The position numbers and the translations under genes are program-made. The notes under the pieces are model-generated. The model was not told the DNA's origin and searched no databases. It was given only the letters and a program-made list of their open reading frames with translations. Positions 1-12,000 of a stretch of 64,000 nt of DNA are shown piece after piece. Origin of the DNA: Tetramitus jugosus (lineage: Eukaryota > Protista > Heterolobosea); contig OW569369.1 in the NCBI GenBank assembly GCA_937625935.1, positions 372,001 to 436,000 of the forward strand, written 5' to 3'. Position 1 is the stretch's first letter, and every line of letters starts with the position of its first letter.

Positions 1-28
1 TCAATGGTAGCTTTATTTGTAGCGGGGC

Positions 29-1000
29 TTATCTCAGTGTCATGGCGTGCCAATCTAGCACATCCATGACATACTCAACTTGGTCATCCACAATAAATAC
101 AATCAACAAATTGTTGATCTCTCGTAGATCTTTACTGTTCATTGTCATCAAACGCTTGTTGTGCACGTTCTGCACAGTCACCATCCATCTCTCCTCATCT
201 CCTTCTTGTTGTTTGTAAATCTTGTGGATCATTCCAATCCTATGTCACCAATTGAGGTAGGTCAACATTGATACAATCACACAAAATGCAGAGGAATACA
301 TACGATCGGTCCTTGAACCTGACAAAACTGTTCTGAAAGGTTCTTTGCCTGACATGAGCTCTGGACTCTACCAATCTTCCATCAATTCTAGCGTACTTGA
401 ACACTGTTTGACTGAAATCCCTAGTTGATGACGACTTTTGTTTGTCTTGACCGTAAATAAAGACAGACCGGTCATCATTAGATGTAGTGGGCAATCACCA
501 TCTTTTTGCTCTTTCATCACAAGTGTTAGTCAGGACAACTGAACAAGCACACAGCAAGTCATTCACATACCTTCATTCGTTGTAGTACTTTTCTTGTCGT
601 ATCATCCTTCACTTCACTCATTCGACGGTCCGAGAACTGATAGAGCGGTATCGCTTCTGACAATCCCTTCTCAACACGATAGGTGCCATGTATCCCACTG
701 AGAACAATCTTGTTAAAACTCTCAAACGGAAAGGCACTATAGCAGATCAACGGTCCATGTCTCTTGTAACACCAGCCATAATGAATGAGCAAATGAATGT
801 TGTAGGTGGCCCGATCATACCCATAGAGAGTTTGGAATCCTTTGACATAGTCGAACAATTTTGCTTTCCATCCCAGTTGTGTTGATCAACAGAGGAGTCA
901 CCATCGACTCTAATTCTTTTCCAACATCTCTGATGTTCTTCTCTTTCCATTTGTCTCCAATTCTTCTTATTGCTTTGTTGTTGTTGACGGGAAGTTCGTA
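29..1000 (-). mobile_element. Decayed CACTA/EnSpm (CMC superfamily) transposase, C-terminal part, frameshifted
   Basis: ORF 559-858 reads FQTLYGYDRATYNIHLLIHYGWCYKRHGPLICYSAFPFESFN, matching the EnSpm motif LYG..TYNxHxLxH...GPLxxxSAFPFExxN. Downstream ORF 240-494 (FKYARIDGRLVESRAHVRQRTFQNSFVRF) resembles the usual EnSpm C-terminal block. Broken by stops and frameshifts; boundaries approximate. Confidence 0.75.
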
Positions 1001-1137
1001 TGTTTTGGATTTTTGTATCCCTTTGCGGAGTAATTTCTGTACTTGGTTGACTGGCGCCACCTGTCGGAAATTTTTGTTTCGACTGGCAAACAAAAACAAC
1101 AACTACGGTATACAATGTCAAGCTCTACTGCCTCGCA

Positions 1138-1578
1138 ATGAAAACAATGATTTTAATTGCTGGTCCGGCCCTGGGTTTAGATCCTCTGGGAGTTAGCTAT
1201 GCCTTGCCCAGTGCTGCCAAGAAATTGGAACGAACAAACTTGAAGCGAGAGGATGTCAAAAAGATTGTTTCTCTCGCAACGCTTCATTGTACCTTCTTCA
1301 AGGAGAAGAAGAGGAAGGAAGATGTATTGAAAAAGCAAGCAATCTATAATGGAAGGGATGATACTCTGTTGAAGATTGCCATGAGTGCTCAGGCTGCTCT
1401 GAAAAGTCGCAAGAAGTTCTCCGAATATGTGTCTGTTGCATTGAGAGCATTGCATGCCGATAGAATCGACGGTAGCAACAAGAGACTGAGAGAACCTACG
1501 GTACCAGAAGATACTGAACAAGATAACGGTTGTAGTACAACCAAGAGAGCAAGAACTAGCTCTTACATTGAAGAATAA
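1138..1578 (+). pseudogene. Orphan 146-aa ORF, probably the 3' fragment of an accessory gene
   Basis: Protein-like K/R-rich composition, stop followed by AATAAA-like sequence, no recognisable domain; lies in the decayed left-edge region. Confidence 0.3.
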
Positions 1579-1823
1579 ACATCCAATCATTTGAAACAAA
1601 ATGAGAGCTGCTTCTTTTTGTTGGTTGAGGAGCTTCCAACACCAAACAACGTCACTTGCTCAGGTAGAGCAAGCCATGGAGCTCGAACCCAGAGCACCCT
1701 CCTGCTGTGCAATGAACCGTACTCTCACTCTGACAACTGGCGCAACCAAAGACCCAAAAGAACGCTACCTGACACGCCGAGGGGCAAGGCGGCGCTTTAT
1801 TTTTTTACCCGGGGAACCCCAAT

Positions 1824-2948
1824 TCAACCTTCCATCAGAAGTTCGAGGAGGTTGACATAAGACATGTCCTTTCGAGCTCCCATCAAGAACGATAAAGATG
1901 TGGTTGTGTTCTTGTAATCCACATGATAACGCTCTCTTAGAGTGGCAATAGATCCCGAAAGCGTGGAGTACACGTTTCCAATGAATGACTTTGCCAACAC
2001 TCCTGTTGCCATCTCTAATGCAACTTGGAGATTTTCATCTTTCATGAGTTCCGTGCCTGTCACCATGGAGTATTCTTTCAGAATATCCTTGGCATTTATC
2101 CAACGGTTTCGACGCATGATGTCAGCCGGTAATTTCGAATTCGATAGGATAATAACATTCGAAACATTCCACTGTTTTCCTATTTTCACCAACTTTGATT
2201 CCATCTCAGCCATCGTATAGTAACAATCCTTTCTTTTGTTGTTCGCACAATAATTACCAAAGTCACCCAAACGAACATGGACGACCATCGATTGACTCAG
2301 ATCGATATTTCCATGAGCAAAGGCGCTACTCACTAATTCATAAACTTGCTGCGAGAAATCAAAAACTGATGAACTCCCCAAATAAAGGACATCATCAACA
2401 AGTATAACATCTTCATTGTCATTCTTGTTTACGCACTCTCTGAGCAAACGTTCCTGTTGTTTTCTGCTCATTCCTCTCACCCCAGTGCAAGTCTTTATTT
2501 TTCCATAGCTCCACACAGGATGAGACTCTGTCGCAATCTCGTATGGCACATCCTCATTGACTCGATACAATTGTCGGAAATTGACCATTGATTTGCAACG
2601 AACATTTTGACGTAATCGGTTTGAGAAGACCCATCCCTTCTGAAACGATCGTGTCCTCGTGTGATCATTGTGGACACATGGATGAATGAGCAAAGTTCTG
2701 TTCACCAACTTGGAGATATGGCCACCATTGCTGAGAGCCATAATGTAATTGTTGAGACCTCCATTGCCTTTCACTGCCACGTACTTTTTGGACATTCGTG
2801 GAGTTGCTTGTTGTGACGTTCTTTGTTGTGCAGAAGAAAGAGTGGTAAAGTCAAAGAATAGTCTTCGACTGTCTAATAGGAAGCCACATAGGCATAGCAC
2901 AATTATAATAGAGATGAAATACGTTTTGGTGCGAAGGGTTCGAGCCAT
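1824..2948 (-). CDS. O-fucosyltransferase family (POFUT-like GT-B) type II membrane protein
   Basis: N-terminal TM (YFISIIIVLCLCGFLL), GGLNN...LVNRTLL motif, VHVRLGDF, FIGNVYSTLS; ATG chosen at 2948 (MARTLRT). Confidence 0.8.
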   Translation of the reverse strand: MARTLRTKTYFISIIIVLCLCGFLLDSRRLFFDFTTLSSAQQRTSQQATPRMSKKYVAVKGNGGLNNYIMALSNGGHISKLVNRTLLIHPCVHNDHTRTRSFQKGWVFSNRLRQNVRCKSMVNFRQLYRVNEDVPYEIATESHPVWSYGKIKTCTGVRGMSRKQQERLLRECVNKNDNEDVILVDDVLYLGSSSVFDFSQQVYELVSSAFAHGNIDLSQSMVVHVRLGDFGNYCANNKRKDCYYTMAEMESKLVKIGKQWNVSNVIILSNSKLPADIMRRNRWINAKDILKEYSMVTGTELMKDENLQVALEMATGVLAKSFIGNVYSTLSGSIATLRERYHVDYKNTTTSLSFLMGARKDMSYVNLLELLMEG

Positions 2949-3171
2949 TGATGAAATTTGTTCCTCCTCTTTGCACTGGCTGCTGCTGTGCAATTGACGA
3001 GACAGGTCGTTTTGGAAGCAAGGAGGTTCATCAATGGCCAAAACAAGGGTGGGATTACAACGAATTTTAGGGTCAAAGATCGCCGAACCTTCGAACAAAA
3101 CGGCGAAAGGAACCTCCGATGAAACATTCGCCCACAACAACAACGGATTTTAATGAGTAATCCCCTTTTCT

Positions 3172-5175
3172 TTACAAATGATGATGATGGTGGTGGTGGC
3201 CTCGGGATTGAAGAGATGAACTTTCACCTTGCTTTTCCTCTTGCTTCTCAGCATCTGGATCAGGTGATTTGAGTGTTTTGGTGCTCTGCTTGTCCCACAG
3301 TATCTTGTACTCGCCATTCTGTTCCAACAATTGCTCATGTGTGCCACGTTCAGCAATCACACCATCCTTCAGTACGATGATTTCATCCGAGTCAATAATG
3401 GTACTCAATCTATGAGCGAGAACGATTGTTGTTGTCTTGCCTTTGAAAACCTCACTCAGTTTGTCTTGAATTTGCTTTTCTGTTGTGCTGTCCAGTGCAC
3501 TTGTTGCTTCATCGAACACTACAATCTGGGGATTCTTCAGTACGGCTCTGGCAATGGCCACTCTTTGTTTCTCTCCACCGGACAATCGAGTGCCTCTCTC
3601 GCCAACGACAGTGTCCCATCCCTTTTCAAAACTCTCGATTTTTGGAAGGATAGCCGCAATTTCGGCTGCCTGAACAACCTTCATGTCATTTGCTGTGAAA
3701 TCACCATATTGAATGTTGTATCTAATGGTGTCATTAAACAGAACAGTGTCCTGTGGTACAATACCAATGCACTGTCTAATCGATTGTTGGGTCACCTGTG
3801 ATATGTCCTGACCGTCGACAAGGATTCTACCCTCTGTTGGGTCGTAGAAACGAAATAGGAGCTTATTAATGGTCGTCTTGCCTCCACCCGAAGTACCGAC
3901 AATGGCTAATTGCTTTCCCGGTTTGATCGTGAAGGAAACTCCCTTCAGGACTTCATTTTCGCTTTCGGAACTGTATTTGAAACGGACATTTTCGAATACG
4001 ACTTCACCACCCTGAGGAACAAAATCCTCAGCACCTGGCACATCTCTCACATCAGGCTTCTCCTTGAACAAATCAAACATATTCTCCATATCGACCAATG
4101 ATTGCTTAATCATACGATAACTTGTTCCTAAAAAGTTCAATGGGGAATACAATTGCAAAATAAAGGTGTTGATCATGACAAAGTCACCCACTGTCATTTT
4201 GCCCTTGGATACCTGAGATGCACATAATAGCATGACAGCTAGCTGACCAATGCAAATAATTGCGCTCTGACCTACGTTGAGCAAAGCCAAACTCGATGTT
4301 GATTTTTGCGCTTGTATCGTGAATAGATCCAACGCATGTCTGTACCGGTCGGCCTCATGCCTCTCAGCACCAAAGTACTTTACAGTCTCATAGTTCAACA
4401 AACTGTCAACTGCCTTGTCGTTCGCGTCATTTTCATACTTGTTCATATCTCTTCTGTATTTTGTTCTCCATTCTGTGACGACGATTGTAAATACGATATA
4501 TAGCACAACACAAACAAATGTGATGACAGAGATCCAAGCGAGATAACGAACAACCAATATGCCGCACACCATGACAACTTCAAACAAGATGGGTATAATG
4601 TTGAACACGAGGAACACGATCACAAACTGAATGCCCTTTGTTCCACGATCAATTCCTCGCAGCACACCACCCGTCTTACGATTCAAATGAAACGAAATGC
4701 TCAAACTGTGCAAATGAGTAAACAGTTCAATGGAAACTTCTCTCAGAGCAATGTTTTGCACCTTGACAAACACCACATCTCTCATGTTTGTCAAAAATTG
4801 AACGGACAATGAACCGAAACCATACAGCATAATGGCCAACAATGGAAAACTAATTTTCTCCAATTCGTCATCCTTGGTCATCTGATCAATGGCATACTTG
4901 TATGCAAAAGGTGTGGCCACATTGACCAACTTGCTAAAAATGAGACAAAGAGCTGCAACAATCACTCGAATCCTCAGATCCCAATTGTTCTTTGGCCACA
5001 AGTATGGAATCACTGTTTTAGTGAGTTGATAATGATGTTTCACTCTCATCCAAGCATAGTGAAAGCCTCCTTGGTGATCTGATCCCATTTCGACATCATT
5101 GTCTTCATCTTCATCGTTGAGTGGACGCCACGATCGGGGCAAACATGTTCTCAATGCATATCTCAGCCTATTCAT
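3172..5175 (-). CDS. ABCB half-transporter, ATM1/HMT1 (ABCB6/7) family
   Basis: YLWPK, FHLNRKTG, DSLLNYETVKYF, LNFLGTSYR, Walker A GTSGGGKT, LSGGEKQR, DEATSALD; C-terminal His7. Confidence 0.93.
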   Translation of the reverse strand: MNRLRYALRTCLPRSWRPLNDEDEDNDVEMGSDHQGGFHYAWMRVKHHYQLTKTVIPYLWPKNNWDLRIRVIVAALCLIFSKLVNVATPFAYKYAIDQMTKDDELEKISFPLLAIMLYGFGSLSVQFLTNMRDVVFVKVQNIALREVSIELFTHLHSLSISFHLNRKTGGVLRGIDRGTKGIQFVIVFLVFNIIPILFEVVMVCGILVVRYLAWISVITFVCVVLYIVFTIVVTEWRTKYRRDMNKYENDANDKAVDSLLNYETVKYFGAERHEADRYRHALDLFTIQAQKSTSSLALLNVGQSAIICIGQLAVMLLCASQVSKGKMTVGDFVMINTFILQLYSPLNFLGTSYRMIKQSLVDMENMFDLFKEKPDVRDVPGAEDFVPQGGEVVFENVRFKYSSESENEVLKGVSFTIKPGKQLAIVGTSGGGKTTINKLLFRFYDPTEGRILVDGQDISQVTQQSIRQCIGIVPQDTVLFNDTIRYNIQYGDFTANDMKVVQAAEIAAILPKIESFEKGWDTVVGERGTRLSGGEKQRVAIARAVLKNPQIVVFDEATSALDSTTEKQIQDKLSEVFKGKTTTIVLAHRLSTIIDSDEIIVLKDGVIAERGTHEQLLEQNGEYKILWDKQSTKTLKSPDPDAEKQEEKQGESSSLQSRGHHHHHHHL

Positions 5176-6122
5176 TCTTGGTTGATGATCTTTCAGTTCA
5201 ATAAATAAAGTGAATGTTTGATCAGTTTTTTCAGGGCACAAGTTTGAATTTTATTGGAAAATGAATGGCTCAACCATGGGAATGTGCGGAGCGCACAAAC
5301 TCTTCAAGGGTCGAACTTAGGTCAGAAATCAGCACAAGAGACTTGCTTTAATGACATTCAGTTGACAAGAGCAGCAATACAGTAGTATGTGAAGCTTCAC
5401 ATATGAAAATTCGCTCATTTCTCTTTCCGATCATATTTGGGAATAGTGAGGAAGAAAAGAAAAACCGAACAGAGTGTATAATTTTAGACTTATCGGGGAA
5501 TAACGCGTTAACCGGCCTCCCTTTTTCACTTTGCCCAAAAAAATTCTGAGTTCTTATTCGCTGAGTGTTTTGCATTTTTTTTCTACTGCACCTCGTTTCT
5601 TCTGTTGGTGTGCATAACCGCCAATCAGATTGCCTTTGGGACAAGAACCACTCTTCACCATCACAACAACAACAACAACAAAAACAAAATCACCTGCATT
5701 TGCACCGAACACCATCCACCAACAAGACACAAAAAAAAACATTGGGCATTTTACCTTCCAAAATTCCCTTCCCCCAACACACAAAAAATACCTCCCTTCT
5801 CTCTCTCATCTCATCTCGTCTCACCACCATTACTCAACTCTCACACTGTAAACAAACATTACAACAACAACAGAGAACTCTGATTATTTTGATCGTTTGA
5901 TTGCAATACCTTTCCCCTGTACTATTACTCTCAACAAAAAAAAAGTGTAACATTATCTCATCCCACATAGAGCAATCATCAATACCATCGAATCATCATC
6001 ATCAATATTCAGACGCACGCACACACACAAATAAGCAACATCTGATCACTAAAGACCAAATTGCAAACCCACATCCATACAACACCATCACATTATCCAA
6101 CCGAGAGAGAGCGAAAAAAAAA

Positions 6123-8975
6123 ATGTTATCTACCATTGACGGATCACAACAACAGCAACAGCAACAAACATCTGCATCGTCGTCGTCGTCGTCGTCTTTG
6201 ACGTCATCAGAAAAAATATCACAACAACAGCAACAACACCCTGTATCACCATCATCACAAAAACAACAGTCAACAACATCAGTACCACAACCATTGACTG
6301 TTGTTCCTCATCAGCATCACCATTACAACAATAACAAGGATCACACATCTGTTGATGCACAACCATCACCCACTGTAACAACAATTGATGCATCTGCGAA
6401 TTTGACCAGTTTGATCTCAACGACGACAACTACGAGTACATCTGCCACTACTATGATTACCAGTAGTAGTAGTAGCAGTAGCAGCAGTAGTAGTGGTGGC
6501 AATAGCAGAGCCAATAACACGAGTAGTGGAGCTTCACAACAACAACAAAAGAATAAGAGCTCCAATGTATCATTACAACAGAGTGTGGTGGAAAAGTCTC
6601 ACCATGCTCAAAACCCACAACAGCAACATCACCACCACCATCATCATCACCATGCTCATCAACAACCACATTCCCATCATCATCACTCTCATCAGACAAC
6701 ATCCAATGCACCTGTTTCTCAAAATAGTAATAACAATAACAATAATAATAATAATAACAATAATGAGAATCAACGGTGTTGTGTCGTCTGTAATCGCAAC
6801 AGTCCAAAATCCATTTTTTCCTGTCGTTATAAGGTTCACGAAAAAAACATTGCTGCACTCAAATTGTTCTTCAAGACAGAGTTGGATTACGGTGAGTTGT
6901 GCGATCGGTGTTATCGACTCTGGTACAAGCACAAGAAGGCCACTCAGACCAACACTACCCAACCATCATCCACCAGAGGTGGAGGATCCAGAAGCAACGC
7001 AAAGAGAGCCAACAGCAGCAATAATAGTTCGGCGGCATTGGCAAACAAGAAGAAAAAAACAACACTGGCAGAAAGCACCTCTGCTGCAGCAGTTGTCAAC
7101 AAGAACAAATCCACGAATCCCACCACCAGTAACAATAGTAGTAGTAGCGCAAGAGTCGGTAAAAAGGTCAAGATCTCGACGATTACTGGCAATGTGCACA
7201 ACACTAGTTCATCTTCACATCCATCCACCGGTGGCAGTGCAAACAAGAAATTGACTGGTGTGTCTCGGCGGCGTCCCAAATCATCACTGCAAGCAGAGGA
7301 CGAGGAGGGAAGTGAAGACGTCGATCAAGAGGACCAAGAAATGGAACGGAATGTCCACCACCGTAAGAACAACACTTCAACGAGTGATACGGACGAGAGT
7401 GAAGAAGAAGATGGCAACAGCAACAACATGATTGTTGACGATGACGATGAGAATGCTGCCGGAAATGATGAGGACGATGAAGACGACTATGACGATGATG
7501 ATGATGATGAGGAGGAGGAAGACTACGAAGATGATGGCGATATCCAAGCTCATCATTCGTTCCGTCATGCCACTCGTGCTGGTCATTACCCCGTAGTAGA
7601 TTCGAATCCGCACAATTGGAATGCGCGCCCAAATCTGAATCGTCGGTTTGTTACGACCAAGCATTTTTACCACCACCCGACGCATTTTTTCCGAGACCTT
7701 CAACCAAATCCAGCACCTTCTCTCGGAAAAACCTCCGCATCAATGAATCAGCCGCCATCAACCTCCTCCCCACGAGCTCACAGCCAATATCAACAACAAC
7801 AACAACAACAACATAAGCTTGACTCCTCATCCTCCACACTAACAACAACAACAACAACAACATCAACTCAACAACCATTGACCTCCTCTGACGAAGAAAA
7901 GCAATTTTATCACATGACATTTACACAGGGGCCATCATCAATGAATCGTCGATTGAGACACCAGCAATTCTATCAACACTTTTACCACCATCTCGCTCAA
8001 TCCACCCAAAACAACACTCCTGTTAGTACTAACAATAATCATAATAATAGTAATAATAACAGTGCTGATGATGAACAACAAAAAGAAAATCAATTGAATG
8101 AAAATGAAAACATTGTGATTCAAGTCATTCAAAAAATGACTCACGTTCCAAGAAAGAGTCGCCGAAAAGCACATCCATTGCGCAGTCCTGCAAAGTCTGA
8201 TGCTCTCTACGAGAGTCTCAATGACGATTTTCATCACTTGTTATTTTTGACGTGTTCACAGAAATCATCATTGTCTCAGCATCATCAGCATCATCATCAT
8301 CCATCTGCTGTGAAACGGAAGAGAGAAACCTGTGAGAATGATGACAGTGCTGTTGATACTGTTGATACTGTTGATAGTGGTAGTCCAGTACAAAAGGATA
8401 ACGAATCTGAGGAGAAGACACCGTTTGACGAACTGTATTCATTCTGTTTTGCGAAATCTTCTACGGCATCGGATTTGGGTAAACACAACGATCGAAGCAG
8501 CAACAACAAAAGTGAGAAGAATGATAAGAAGCAGAGTGAATCACTGGTGCAAACTGTTGTTGATACACATGTTGATGCATCTTCACCACAGGCATCCAAT
8601 GAAGAGGAACAACAACAAGCTGCTGCCCAAGAGAATATCGAACAAAAACGATCAGAGAGTCCGACACACGTTACAAAAGCTGAAGAAGCAACAATAACGA
8701 GTACCGTTGATGATGCAGGTGTTGTGGATAAGGTAACAGATGCGACAACACGTGTTCAAGCAGAAGATCATTTGTCTGCTGGAGTCGTTCCTCCACCCGC
8801 ACCTGCTCGCGCATCGGAAGATGACACGGCATCAACGGCACAGCCTCAGCAACAACAACAGGTACAAGAACCACAGAAGAAGCGAAGGAAACTGCCTCGA
8901 GTGGAGATGGATCCATCTGCTGAGGATGATGTCACCTCACCGCTGGGTGCAGCCCCGCCAACAACTTCTCAATAG
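6123..8975 (+). CDS. Large low-complexity protein with a single C2C2 zinc finger (CxxC-X36-CxxC), probable transcription regulator
   Basis: Long ORF; CVVC (6780) ... LCDRCYRLWYKHK (6900); polyQ/S/N/H/T/D tracts; NLS-like KKRRK. ATG at 6123 follows an A-rich leader. Confidence 0.7.
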   Translation: MLSTIDGSQQQQQQQTSASSSSSSSLTSSEKISQQQQQHPVSPSSQKQQSTTSVPQPLTVVPHQHHHYNNNKDHTSVDAQPSPTVTTIDASANLTSLISTTTTTSTSATTMITSSSSSSSSSSSGGNSRANNTSSGASQQQQKNKSSNVSLQQSVVEKSHHAQNPQQQHHHHHHHHHAHQQPHSHHHHSHQTTSNAPVSQNSNNNNNNNNNNNNENQRCCVVCNRNSPKSIFSCRYKVHEKNIAALKLFFKTELDYGELCDRCYRLWYKHKKATQTNTTQPSSTRGGGSRSNAKRANSSNNSSAALANKKKKTTLAESTSAAAVVNKNKSTNPTTSNNSSSSARVGKKVKISTITGNVHNTSSSSHPSTGGSANKKLTGVSRRRPKSSLQAEDEEGSEDVDQEDQEMERNVHHRKNNTSTSDTDESEEEDGNSNNMIVDDDDENAAGNDEDDEDDYDDDDDDEEEEDYEDDGDIQAHHSFRHATRAGHYPVVDSNPHNWNARPNLNRRFVTTKHFYHHPTHFFRDLQPNPAPSLGKTSASMNQPPSTSSPRAHSQYQQQQQQQHKLDSSSSTLTTTTTTTSTQQPLTSSDEEKQFYHMTFTQGPSSMNRRLRHQQFYQHFYHHLAQSTQNNTPVSTNNNHNNSNNNSADDEQQKENQLNENENIVIQVIQKMTHVPRKSRRKAHPLRSPAKSDALYESLNDDFHHLLFLTCSQKSSLSQHHQHHHHPSAVKRKRETCENDDSAVDTVDTVDSGSPVQKDNESEEKTPFDELYSFCFAKSSTASDLGKHNDRSSNNKSEKNDKKQSESLVQTVVDTHVDASSPQASNEEEQQQAAAQENIEQKRSESPTHVTKAEEATITSTVDDAGVVDKVTDATTRVQAEDHLSAGVVPPPAPARASEDDTASTAQPQQQQQVQEPQKKRRKLPRVEMDPSAEDDVTSPLGAAPPTTSQ

Positions 8976-9006
8976 AAGACCCTAGTAAATTTTTTGCATT
9001 TTTAGT

Positions 9007-12000
9007 TTACTGACCATTGTTCGATGCATTGATAATGTTCTTGGCCAAACCTTTAGGCATTGACGAGATGGCAAGCTTGGTAAACTCAGACTTTAGTTCC
9101 TTGGTTTGCTTGACGGCCATCTTTGTGAAATGACCAATCCAGTTCGAACTTTCCTTTGTTCGCGGGTCTTCCTTGCCGAACAGTGCCATCAGAATGTTGT
9201 AAGACTTCTTCTCGCAGTCCAGGGCCTCTCTAAACTTGTTCATAATGTTGTAACTAACAGCTAGTGCATGATACGATGCAGCAGTCTGGAAGTGCTCACC
9301 AATAGTTGCCTCATTGATACGCAGAGCTTCCTTCAAGTGTTGCACCGATGTTTGCACATCACCCAACTCCTGATACATCATGGCTAAATTCGTGATCAGA
9401 GAAGCATAGTCTGGATGATCGAAACCACAAACAATTTCGAAAATGTACTTTGCTCTCAGGAAGTGTTTCAATGCCAGAGTTTTCTGTCCAATAAAGTGAC
9501 ACAGCATGCCCAATAATTGATGGTGCTGGCATGCCATTGCGTTATCGACACCCATTACTCTCTTGCCAATAATTAAAGCCTTGTATTGATGCAAGAGACT
9601 CTGTGGCAGATCAGAGGCATGATATAGGATCGTACCCAAGAAACTAAAGCATAGTGAGACTTGTGCGTTCATTGGTCCCTTGACTTGTTGGAACAGAACA
9701 GTGGCCAGCGAGAAGAACTCGAAGGCTCTTTCTAGATTGCCCAGTGCCAATTGTTGTTGGCCCACTTCCAAATGACCGTATGCATTGATGCTCCTTGGTG
9801 CACTGTGCTTCACTACAGGAATGAGGTCCAAAATGTCATCCTGGTCAAATGGAGATGATTGATTCCAAGTGTAGTCTCTACAGGTGACTACAAGACCAAC
9901 TTTGAGTGCAAAGTTTCTCAATGTAGATAGCTTTGGCAATTCGGACAAGTTTGCCTCCTCCAACTTGTATCTGTACTTTCTCTCAACGAGATGCTTGAGT
10001 TGCACTCGGAGACCAGCTGGAGTGATTTGTGGTCCTCCCTTTGATCCCAACTTGTAAACTACCTTTTGACTTGGAGACTTCTTCTTTTTCTTCTTTGGAT
10101 TGACAGCAAAGTCGCAACCGAGGAGGCAATTGAGGAACAACTCAATATTCTTTGCCATCTTGTCCTCGCTAGTGGATCGAAGAAGGGCAGCAAATTCATG
10201 CTTGGCTGCTCTACACAACATTTCTTGCTCGCACAGCATTCTCAAATGTGGAAGCTTTAGTTCTGATGCTCTGGCGGCGATGTGTCCCAGGTAACGCATG
10301 TTGATACCCTTGTCGTGCATCACTTCAGTCAATGTTCGTCCATCGATCAAATTTGAAATATCTAATGACGCTACATCGTTGATAAATGCCTCAATGACAA
10401 TATCTTTCAAGTAGTTGGAGATTTCAGTAACATTCTTGATGTCTTCTTGATTTTCTTCCTCTGTGCCAGCCAGGGTATGCGTTGTGAACACATCTGGATT
10501 AAACTGAATTGGATCCATCTTGACAGATTCTGGATCAATTTCTTCGTTACTTTCAGCTGCCTTCTCCCTAATAGCTTCTGACAGCTTGTATCGTGTAAAG
10601 AATTTGAGAACTTCTGGTCGCAGGATGGCCGTAGGAACATCCTTGAAATTGGCATCTCTCGGTGTGGTTCTCACGAGATCGAGCACATAGAATCGACCAT
10701 CAGAGCCTGCGATACCCTTGCAGTCAGATGGACCACACAATGTATGGACAGTGTCTTCCTTGTCATGAATAGCATGCTGTTTCATTTGAAGCTTCTCAGC
10801 TGCCTCTCTCATCAAAGAAAAGTACTTTTCATCAGCATTGATAAATGTCTCTCCGTCGTCGAGTGATCCATACACATGGCTCGATCCCTGCTCGCCATAC
10901 AAAATACCAGGAATAATGCTCTGTGCAAGCACTCTGTGACCCTTGTAGTCAATGATTGCAGTTGCCAATGTGTGAACACCATGAATATCAGCCTCATTGA
11001 ATGCAATGACTCCCTTTAGGTCATTGTTGGCATTTGCATGTGCATATTCGTCCAGATAGGTTGTAAACTTTGATCCATCATAATTATCCACTGCAAAACT
11101 GAAGAAGATATTGTTCTGAATATAGACGTATGATGATTTTGGATCCATGGGGTTAATTGGTAGTACAGATTTGTCCACGACAGCCTTTGCACCAGAAGTG
11201 GCAGCGTCAACAAAGTCGCTGTGCACCTTGAAAAGTGTTCTATCTCTGACGACTCTTTCAGTCATGGTACCACATGGCATTTCCTTGCAGCTCTGATACT
11301 CTTCATTCCACTCCCGTACATGATTTCTAGGATCGTTACCCAGAATGGAATAGAGTGATTCTTCGGATCTCACACGATCATACGTGTGCTTCTTTGGGAA
11401 GTCGAACCAACGAGGTGCTGGGAATGGCATTGGAGTCACTTCGAACGGATGCCTGTTCATTCTAATGCTCATTAGTCTTGGGAATTCCTTCTTGAACATT
11501 GGACTCAACTCCCACAGCAGACCCAACAACGTGTGACTCTTTTGTGGCTTGTTCACTGGATTAGGTGAAAAGTTTGTTCCTTGTGAGGCATTGAGATAGA
11601 ATCCATCACATGTTGCAGTAACATGGAACGTTTGTTCCTCCAATGTTTGCACTTCCAAGTAAAACAGGTCTCCTCTCATCTTTCTATTACCAGTAGGTGG
11701 ATTGAACGCAGAAAAGATGATACTGTTGACACACTTTGGTAATTCAGCATTCGTCAGTGACGTTAAATATTGCATATTCTTGAAAACGAAACGATTCGGA
11801 ACAAATAAGTTGCGAGAATCATAATCAATCGGTATGTTCGTTTGATGATTGATTGCAGATTGCAAAACTTCATCATCTTGCGACAATGGTTGTTCCTGTT
11901 CGTGTTCGTGTTGCTGCTCCTGCGTTTTCAGTTGTTGTGACTCTTCCGTCTTTTTTGCATTCTTCTTGTTCTTTTTCGATGATTGATCATGGCCACCAGT

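Noticed and set aside
5901-8985. Numerous alternative-frame and antisense ORFs over low-complexity genes (also in dynein and RhoGEF)
   Set aside because: Shadow ORFs produced by triplet microsatellites and codon bias; no independent protein signatures.
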